Source: Candidatus Odinarchaeia archaeon (lineage in GTDB: Archaea > Asgardarchaeota > Odinarchaeia > Odinarchaeales > Odinarchaeaceae). From it: a stretch of 8,237 nt of DNA. Below the pieces are notes generated by a model, which was given only the letters and a program-made list of their open reading frames with translations, searched no databases and was not told the DNA's origin. A program made the position numbers and the translations under genes. The stretch is from NCBI GenBank assembly GCA_029856525.1, contig JAHQXC010000059.1, forward strand, positions 1-8,237, given 5' to 3'. Position 1 is the first letter of the stretch. Each line of letters starts with the position of its first letter. Of the stretch, positions 1 to 5,431 are shown in pieces.

Positions 1-177
1 GCTGATCTTTTAGAAGGTTTCTCAGGTAGGGATATAAAGGAAAAATTTCTTAAAGCACTTCTACATAAAGCTATAATCGCCAACCGGTCATTTATCGATT
101 CAAAAATGGTTATGGAACACTTGGAGAATTTAATCGCCTTTAAAAACGACCGTAAAGCTAAACAATTATACATGTAG
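1..177 (+). CDS. 3' end (partial) of an AAA+ ATPase, probably AMA/COG1223 (MJ1494-like) family
   Basis: Not in the ORF track. Frame 1 is open from base 1 to TAG at 175-177: ADLLEGFSGRDIKEKFLKALLHKAIIANRSFIDSKMVMEHLENLIAFKNDRKAKQLYM*. GFSGRDI is the AAA+ lid/sensor-2 motif, and the following KEK.LK..LHKAI is recalled as typical of COG1223. It ends in L-Y-M. Confidence 0.75.
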   Translation, partial: ADLLEGFSGRDIKEKFLKALLHKAIIANRSFIDSKMVMEHLENLIAFKNDRKAKQLYM

Positions 178-191
178 ACTTAGTGGTTTCC

Positions 192-755
192 ATGGTTAAA
201 ATAATCGGTTTAACAGGGATGCCAGGCTCAGGTAAGAACGCGGCTCACCAAGTAGCCAAGGAGTTAGGTATACCTGTAATTTCTATGGGTGACATTGTTA
301 GAAAAGAAGCTGAGCGCCTAGGTTTACCTTTAACCTGCGAGGTTTTAGGGGGGATCGCTTTATGTCTGAGAGCTGAAGGACAGGATGCTATCGCTAAGAG
401 AGCTCAGAGACAGATAGCTAAACTTCTCAAATTGAATCCTCCGCCTCCAGCGATTCTAATAGACGGTATTAGAAGTATCGAAGAATGGAAGTATTTTAGA
501 CGCGTCCATAAAAAAATCACGCTTGTCAGCATAGTCGCCTCTCCTAAAACAAGGTTTGAAAGACTTGTTAAACGTAAAAGATCAGATGACTACGATAACT
601 GGTCTTCTTTTGAAAACCGTGATTTAAGAGAGATTCTTCTAGGTATAGGAGGCGTTATAGCGCTAGCTGATTACACTATAGTGAATGAATCAACCCTAGA
701 AGATTTACATAACAATCTTCGCACAGTTTTCAAGAAAATACTTGAAGAAGAATAA
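192..755 (+). CDS. UPF0200 / dephospho-CoA-kinase-like P-loop NMP-kinase-fold protein (archaeal PRK01184-type)
   Basis: IIGLTGMPGSGK P-loop, SMGDIVR, IDGIRS, RFERL..R.RSDD lid and ADYTIVNE motifs. ATG at 192 is preferred over GTG at 183 because GTGGT (183-187) is an SD-like site just upstream and the P-loop strand begins directly after. Confidence 0.85.
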   Translation: MVKIIGLTGMPGSGKNAAHQVAKELGIPVISMGDIVRKEAERLGLPLTCEVLGGIALCLRAEGQDAIAKRAQRQIAKLLKLNPPPPAILIDGIRSIEEWKYFRRVHKKITLVSIVASPKTRFERLVKRKRSDDYDNWSSFENRDLREILLGIGGVIALADYTIVNESTLEDLHNNLRTVFKKILEEE

Positions 756-760
756 GGTGG
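756..760 (+). promoter_or_regulatory. Shine-Dalgarno-like GGTGG directly after the UPF0200 stop codon
   Basis: TAA-GGTGG-CCGGGAT-ACG: 7 nt upstream of ACG at 768 and 22 nt upstream of GTG at 783. Confidence 0.5.
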
Positions 761-767
761 CCGGGAT

Positions 768-1211
768 ACGGTTAGAATAGAGGTGCGCGCTAGGTTAAAC
801 CCTACGGAGAACCGTGACAAATTATACTCCGCTATAGCTAATATTATAGATTTTAAAACTAATATTGTAGATTTTTCAAGCGACGAGTTTTTAGCTTTCA
901 CATCAGAGGATGTTAATTCTCTTAAACCTCTTTTCGAAAAATTAAGAGAGCAAAAAATATTAGAAGCCGCGCGCTCTCTCCTTTTAAATGTTAAAACACC
1001 TCAAATGCTAATGTTTCACGTAAACCGGCAAGCAGCTTACGTTAATCGAATACATTTATGCGCGGAGGAGCGTGAATCCCCTTTAGGCCCTATCACCATT
1101 GTTGTACATTCTAAAAATATTGAAAAATTTATCGACTGGCTTACACCACCTACATTTAAAGGTCGTCCGATTAATCTTGATAAGGAACAACTATCTTTAG
1201 AAGATCTGTAG
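768..1211 (+). CDS. UPF0201 family protein (putative RNA-binding, L5-like fold); start uncertain (GTG 783 or non-canonical ACG 768)
   Basis: Motifs A.LNPTEN.DK, L..LFEKLREQKILEAAR, NRQAAYVNRI, ESPLGPITI and FIDWLTP. The frame is open upstream of 783 back to the TAA at 753-755 and encodes T-V-R-I-E-V-R-A. Stop TAG at 1209-1211. Confidence 0.85.
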   Translation, partial: TVRIEVRARLNPTENRDKLYSAIANIIDFKTNIVDFSSDEFLAFTSEDVNSLKPLFEKLREQKILEAARSLLLNVKTPQMLMFHVNRQAAYVNRIHLCAEERESPLGPITIVVHSKNIEKFIDWLTPPTFKGRPINLDKEQLSLEDL

Positions 1212-2085
1212 CTACTATCGTGTTATCGAAATATTTCTTAGCGTTTTCAAGCATCACACTAGTATCTGTGTAACGGGGGCTTATATGGAATAATACTAAT
1301 TTTTTAACTGAAGCTTGACGCGCTGTTTTAGCAGCTTCAACAGCTGTTGAATGCCCATACTCCTGGGCTTTATCATAATGCTCCTCATTGAAAGTGCTTT
1401 CATGAATTAGTATATCAGCTTCGAATGATAGTTCTTCTAGTTTAGGGTTAGGTCTCGTATCCCCTGTGTATACTATTTTAAGACCTTTACGCGGCGGTCC
1501 TAAAACTTGCTGAGGTGTAACTGTGATATCGTTGAGAACTATTTTCTCTCCGGCTTGAAGCCTCGACCATAATTCACCTTCAGGCACTCCTAATAAGGCG
1601 GCTTTCTCCGGGTCGAATCTTCCAGGTCTAGTTCCCTCCTCTAATATATAAGAGTAAGCTGGGATATCTTTATGAAACGCTTTAACCGCTGTTACTTTAA
1701 TCCTCTCTAACCGAACTTCTTCAATATCTTCTTTTAACTCTATTATTTGAATAGGATATGTGATACCGAGTTTAACCGTCTCCTTCAAGCATTGTATGAA
1801 TTTAAAAACTCCAATCGGGCCTATAATCCGTAAAGGTTTATTCTTATTAAGCAGTCCCATACTCATTAACAATCCAGGTAACCCTGCTATATGATCGCCG
1901 TGAAGGTGAGAAATTAAAATCGTCCTTATTTTAACTATGCTGAGACCTGCTTTCTGCATCTGGATTTGAGCGCTCTCCCCACAGTCTAAAAGGATTATAT
2001 CACCATTTTTTCTTAAAGCTACAGCTGGTCCCCCTCTTTCCACAGTCGGCATTCCGCCGGAGGTTCCTAGAAAAATTACTTCCAT
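1171..2085 (-). CDS. rnz: Ribonuclease Z (tRNA 3'-processing endonuclease, short form)
   Basis: FLGTSGGMPT..R, LLDCGE, metallo-beta-lactamase SHLHGDH, flexible exosite arm (GRFDPEKA..LGVPEG..WSRLQAG), YTGDT, HEST, GHST and HISPRY. GAGGAG SD at 2091-2096. Confidence 0.97.
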   Translation of the reverse strand: MEVIFLGTSGGMPTVERGGPAVALRKNGDIILLDCGESAQIQMQKAGLSIVKIRTILISHLHGDHIAGLPGLLMSMGLLNKNKPLRIIGPIGVFKFIQCLKETVKLGITYPIQIIELKEDIEEVRLERIKVTAVKAFHKDIPAYSYILEEGTRPGRFDPEKAALLGVPEGELWSRLQAGEKIVLNDITVTPQQVLGPPRKGLKIVYTGDTRPNPKLEELSFEADILIHESTFNEEHYDKAQEYGHSTAVEAAKTARQASVKKLVLFHISPRYTDTSVMLENAKKYFDNTIVATDLLKIVVPYQD

Positions 2086-2086
2086 A

Positions 2087-3109
2087 TTATCTCCTCAAAA
2101 CAGCTATTCGCCTTGTTAAACTTTTATGAACATAGATGTCGAATGCTTCAATGAGGGTAAGCTTTAAGCCTTTTAATATCGATTCTAATTTAATAGTTGA
2201 CGGAAATGCGAGTGTGAAATATCCTCCGGGTTTTATTGCTTGTTGAATATTCTTAAGAGTTTCCTTTATCAGTTGAGCTGTAGCCTCTCCGACAGTTGAA
2301 GTTGATATCCCGTATGGTGGGTCTGTTGCACCGCCGTCGAATTTAGTGAACGGTATACTTCGAGCGTCGCCTAACACTAGATCATATTTAACATTATAAT
2401 AATTAAGATTTTTTTGTGAAGCGTAGATCATTTTTTTCTTAATATCTAATCCTATAATTCGACATCCCTGAACACCCGCTTCTAAAGCTAAACCACCTGT
2501 TCCGATAAACGGCTCTATGAATAAATCCCCAGGTTTTACACGTGTAAGGTTAACCATAGCTCTAGCGATTCTAGGGTTTATCACCCCTGGTTGAAAATAA
2601 GGCCTGTATTTTCCAGCTCTTTTATCTATAGCCTTCCGATCTGTTCTCGCTAACAGTAAGCCTAAATAAATTTCGCCGCCTGATACTAATCCTATAAATT
2701 CATATCGTGGGGATTGGAGTTTAACTTTTAAACTGCCTGAATAAGCCTCTATTATTTTCTCACCCAAGTATTTTTCGATCTCAATCTTACTATATAATTC
2801 TTTATTATCTAAAACATGAACTCTTACAGAGAAAGTCTCTTTTCCGTCAAGATTCAAATCTTTTAAACCATGTAATTTAATATCTTCAAACGGCAGCCTC
2901 CACACCTCTATTAACCTGGAAACAGTATACGTGTAAGCTGCACGCTCTGCAACTATCTTCGCCGCTCTCTCATCAGCTTCTACAACTAAAAAACGTGAAG
3001 CTTCTTTTATTATATTATAGTTAATATTCTCAGCTTCCATTATAGCTTTACACTCGGCGGATGGGAGTGTTTCATGCTCTCCTGAAAAATAGAATAATAA
3101 CTTAACCAT
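2087..3109 (-). CDS. trm11: tRNA (guanine(10)-N2)-(di)methyltransferase Trm11/TrmG10 (THUMP + Rossmann methyltransferase)
   Basis: N-terminal SGEHETLP.AE, THUMP region (TFSVRV...EKYLG...VKL.SP), RPYFQPG...PR.ARAMVNL, motif I EPFIGTGG, amino-methyltransferase TDPPYG and C-terminal YVHKSLTRRI. Confidence 0.93.
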   Translation of the reverse strand: MVKLLFYFSGEHETLPSAECKAIMEAENINYNIIKEASRFLVVEADERAAKIVAERAAYTYTVSRLIEVWRLPFEDIKLHGLKDLNLDGKETFSVRVHVLDNKELYSKIEIEKYLGEKIIEAYSGSLKVKLQSPRYEFIGLVSGGEIYLGLLLARTDRKAIDKRAGKYRPYFQPGVINPRIARAMVNLTRVKPGDLFIEPFIGTGGLALEAGVQGCRIIGLDIKKKMIYASQKNLNYYNVKYDLVLGDARSIPFTKFDGGATDPPYGISTSTVGEATAQLIKETLKNIQQAIKPGGYFTLAFPSTIKLESILKGLKLTLIEAFDIYVHKSLTRRIAVLRR

Positions 3110-3110
3110 T

Positions 3111-3986
3111 TCACAATCCTTTAAATTGCTCTGCGATGAGGGGGGCTACTGAAACTAAACTGGTTTCTGAGGGTATGGTGTCTGTGCCTATAATTTCAGC
3201 GGCTCCGGCGGAGAGTATTTTAGATTTAGCTTCACCTATGAGGATTGTATGCGTGGCGGCAACGTAGACGCTTCCACCCCCTTGGTTTTTAATCATTTGA
3301 ATAGCTTTAATCATGGTCCCCCCTGTACTTATAATATCATCGACGATTACCGCATCACGTTTTTTAACATTAAGCTCTTTGTAATCCATTTTAATCTCGC
3401 CTGTATCTTTATCCCTGAATTTATCTAAGCTTACATATTCTGAATCTAGGATTTTAGCCACGGTTTCAGCTCTGTGAATAGCTCCATCATCAGGTGCGAT
3501 TACAAGGGGGTTTGACATTTTCTTCTTCTTGAAATAATCTCCGAAAAGAGGCATCGCACTTAAATCTTTAGCTTTAATCTTAAGATGGTTTAAAACCTTA
3601 GGCTCATGTATGTCGATTGTATATAATTCGTCAACTCCAAGTTTTTCTATTATTTCCTCGATAACTTTAATGCTTAAAGGCTCCCCTTTCTTAAACTGCT
3701 TATCCTGCCTGGCATAAGCTAAATACGGTACGACTACCCTCAATTTTTCAGGGTTCATTTGTTTAACAGCGTCTATTAAAAGAAATAATTGAATCAGGTT
3801 TTTATCCTGCGGGTTATATGTGGATTGAATTAATAAAACATCTCTGCCTTTTAAATCCGCATCGATTCTAACATATGTTTCCCCGTCGGGGAAATCTTTG
3901 AAGCTCACAGCAGCGACTTCACTGTTTAGTAGACGCGCTACTTTTACACCAAGTATTTGTGAGGCAGGTCCGGGTATGACTATCAT
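3111..3986 (-). CDS. prs: Ribose-phosphate pyrophosphokinase (PRPP synthetase, archaeal type)
   Basis: FPDGETYVRI, PYLAYARQDK.F..GE, IDIH, APDDGA, K.R...GEI and the PRPP-binding VDDIISTGGTM motif. Confidence 0.97.
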   Translation of the reverse strand: MIVIPGPASQILGVKVARLLNSEVAAVSFKDFPDGETYVRIDADLKGRDVLLIQSTYNPQDKNLIQLFLLIDAVKQMNPEKLRVVVPYLAYARQDKQFKKGEPLSIKVIEEIIEKLGVDELYTIDIHEPKVLNHLKIKAKDLSAMPLFGDYFKKKKMSNPLVIAPDDGAIHRAETVAKILDSEYVSLDKFRDKDTGEIKMDYKELNVKKRDAVIVDDIISTGGTMIKAIQMIKNQGGGSVYVAATHTILIGEAKSKILSAGAAEIIGTDTIPSETSLVSVAPLIAEQFKGL

Positions 3987-3990
3987 AAAC

Positions 3991-3996
3991 TCACCT
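3991..3996 (-). promoter_or_regulatory. Ribosome-binding site of prs (AGGTGA)
   Basis: The - strand reads AGGTGA-GTTT-ATG. Confidence 0.75.
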
Positions 3997-4063
3997 TAAC
4001 TAATTTATCATTTAAAGGAAAACTGTCCAGTCTTCGATTATAGAATTAACTTGTTTTAGCTGT

Positions 4064-4157
4064 GTGAACTACCCTCTCTATCGGATGGGGTTTCCTGTTT
4101 TAATGATGGAGCTTGCTGGTGTTTCGACCGATGGAGGCTCCGTCTCAGCAGGCGTCT
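4064..4157 (-). ncRNA. TnpB reRNA/omegaRNA-like scaffold (orphan, partly degenerate)
   Basis: ACGCCTGCTGAGACGGAGCCTCCATCGGTCGAAACACCAGCAAGCTCCATCATTAAAACAGGAAACCCCATCCGATAGAGAGGGTAGTTCAC. It contains nested CCTG/CAGG and GGAGC/GCTCC stems, a GGT-C-GAAA-C-ACC hairpin and a terminal hairpin, the layout expected for the RNA overlapping the tnpB 3' end. Confidence 0.6.
4078..4155 (-). pseudogene. tnpB: Last 25 codons plus stop of a deleted tnpB gene
   Basis: Translates as TPAETEPPSVETPASSIIKTGNPIR*, resembling the recalled archaeal TnpB tail TPVETEPL...ASSVVEAGSP.R*. Upstream in this frame there is no NAA.NI motif, no ATG, and a TGA at 4201-4203. Confidence 0.6.
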
Positions 4158-4181
4158 TTATTCTTTTTGAAGATTGGAAAC

Positions 4182-4196
4182 TATAAATACTTTTCG
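4182..4196 (-). promoter_or_regulatory. Putative archaeal BRE-TATA promoter (CGAAAA-G-TATTTATA)
   Basis: Purine-rich BRE immediately upstream of an 8-bp TATA-like box. Standard spacing predicts a start site at about 4155-4160. Confidence 0.55.
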
Positions 4197-4364
4197 ACTT
4201 TCACCCAGCCGATAAAGTTAAATAATTTTACCATGATAGAGGCTTCCCCAGCGGATCATCTCATCTACTCTTTCTCAAATTGAATTAGAGGTTTAAAGCT
4301 ATATCATCAATTATTAAATATAGGAGGCTACTTTACATAATAGTTATAATACTGGTGGTTTCAA

Positions 4365-5423
4365 GTGGTATATCTTGTGAATGGTAGAAGGGTTAAATTC
4401 GGTTTAGAGCTTCTTCCTAACGGCGATGTTAAAAAACCATATGAGTTAGTATTCGAATATGCTAGAATCGCTGATAAGTGGTTTGATAATATTTGGTTAA
4501 CTCATCACCCTTGGAATGCTGATCCTTTTACTACAGCCGGTTACATGGCTTCTATTACAAAATACACAACTATTGGTTTAGGAGCCACCAATCCTTTCGT
4601 GATACCCCCGGTATATATAGCTGAGACAAGCGGAACTTTATTTCGACTCTACTCTAAGAGATTTATTTTAGGAGTTGGAGCCGGGGACCCGGAGTCTTTA
4701 GACTATCTCGGAATTAAAAGACCCCCTAAATTAATTAAATATTTCAGGGAGGCGATATCCGAAATCCGGGATTTACTTTCAGGTAAACAGGTTCGCGGGA
4801 GAAGATTCTCTTGGATTCACTCTGAGGAGAATGGGGAATTTTTCAGCCCTAAAATTTTTATAGCTGCACAGGGGCCTATGATGCTACGGTTAGCAGGTGA
4901 AATAGGTGACGGTGTTTTAATCAATGCGTCTCACCCTCTTCAAATAAGAAAAGCTATAGAGAAAGTTGGGGAAGGGGCTAGTAGAGTCAACCGGGCTGCG
5001 CTCCCTGAAATAGTAGCCTACACCTGTTTTTCAATGGATGATAACGTTGAGAGAGCATTAGAGGCGTGTAAGCCGCCAGTAGCCTATATAGTTTCAGGAG
5101 CCAGCAACGAAATTCTAAGAGACTTCGATATCGATATGGAGAAAGTTGAGCGGATAAGATTATCTCTCAGGAGTAGGAGATTCGTTGAAGCGTTTAATTT
5201 AGTGGATGAGCGGATGATTGAATCTTTTTCTATTTCAGGTGACCCTGTTAATTGCCGCCGTAAAATAGAGGAGCTTGTTGAAATAGGTGTAGAACAGGTT
5301 GTTTTAGGATCTCCTTTAGGTGTTGAATCTGAGATGTTCTGGCGTGGTAGAGTTGTATATTCTAAGGAAACTATTCTAAGAAAAATTATAAAAAAGATAT
5401 TATGTAAATATCAGCGGGGATAG
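4365..5423 (+). CDS. F420-dependent luciferase-like oxidoreductase, Mer (methylene-H4MPT reductase)-like paralogue
   Basis: KFGLELLP, G..TNPF, LGVGAGD, IFIAAQGPMML..AGEIGDGVLINASHP, VAYTCFS and VLGSPLG closely follow Mer. GGTGGT SD at 4354-4359 precedes the GTG at 4365. The N-terminal substrate motif diverges, so no gene symbol is given. Confidence 0.8.
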   Translation: MVYLVNGRRVKFGLELLPNGDVKKPYELVFEYARIADKWFDNIWLTHHPWNADPFTTAGYMASITKYTTIGLGATNPFVIPPVYIAETSGTLFRLYSKRFILGVGAGDPESLDYLGIKRPPKLIKYFREAISEIRDLLSGKQVRGRRFSWIHSEENGEFFSPKIFIAAQGPMMLRLAGEIGDGVLINASHPLQIRKAIEKVGEGASRVNRAALPEIVAYTCFSMDDNVERALEACKPPVAYIVSGASNEILRDFDIDMEKVERIRLSLRSRRFVEAFNLVDERMIESFSISGDPVNCRRKIEELVEIGVEQVVLGSPLGVESEMFWRGRVVYSKETILRKIIKKILCKYQRG

Positions 5424-5431
5424 GTGTCTTC

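Larger units (their letters stand above)
4064..4260 (-). mobile_element. Degenerate non-autonomous IS200/IS605-family remnant (right end at 4064; left boundary uncertain, ~4220-4310)
   Basis: The - strand ends CAGGAAACCCCATCCGATAGAGAGGGTAGTTCAC, matching the recalled archaeal IS605/IS1341 right-end pattern CAGGAAGCCCC-N~11-GGGGTAGTTCAC. No tnpA or tnpB ORF is present. Two imperfect hairpins at 4189-4218 and 4233-4259 are candidate left-end structures. Confidence 0.72.

Noticed and set aside
183-191. GTG start at 183 for the UPF0200 gene
   Set aside because: These bases serve better as the SD (GTGGT) for ATG at 192, and the extra MVS is unnecessary.
192-755. Label 'flagellar hook-basal body protein FliE', sometimes attached to this family
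   Set aside because: The protein has a P-loop NMP-kinase fold. That label is a propagated misannotation and archaea lack bacterial FliE.
671-901. 76-aa minus-strand ORF from the track
   Set aside because: It lies antisense across two well-supported genes, has no recognisable motifs and is Ser/Leu-rich like a shadow frame.
1324-1332. 9-nt match (TGTTTTAGC) inside rnz to the predicted guide region 4052-4060
   Set aside because: It is short and AT-rich, and it mismatches within the first three guide bases, the TAM-proximal seed. Compatible with chance.
2506-2520. Trm11 motif I reads EPFIGTGG rather than DPF(C)GTGG
   Set aside because: The D>E change is conservative, and the glycine loop and DPPY motif are intact. 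No reason to infer altered function.
4145-4310. Possible box C/D sRNA (TGATGA at 4309-4304 and CTGA at 4148-4145 on the - strand)
   Set aside because: The boxes are about 160 nt apart versus about 50-60 nt in archaeal sRNAs, there are no clear C'/D' boxes, and the CTGA lies within the IS-derived scaffold.
3987-4364. tRNA, SRP RNA, RNase P RNA or CRISPR array in the long intergenic gap
   Set aside because: No cloverleaf or T-loop, no SRP helix-8 or RNase P P4 signature, and no regularly spaced direct repeats were found.
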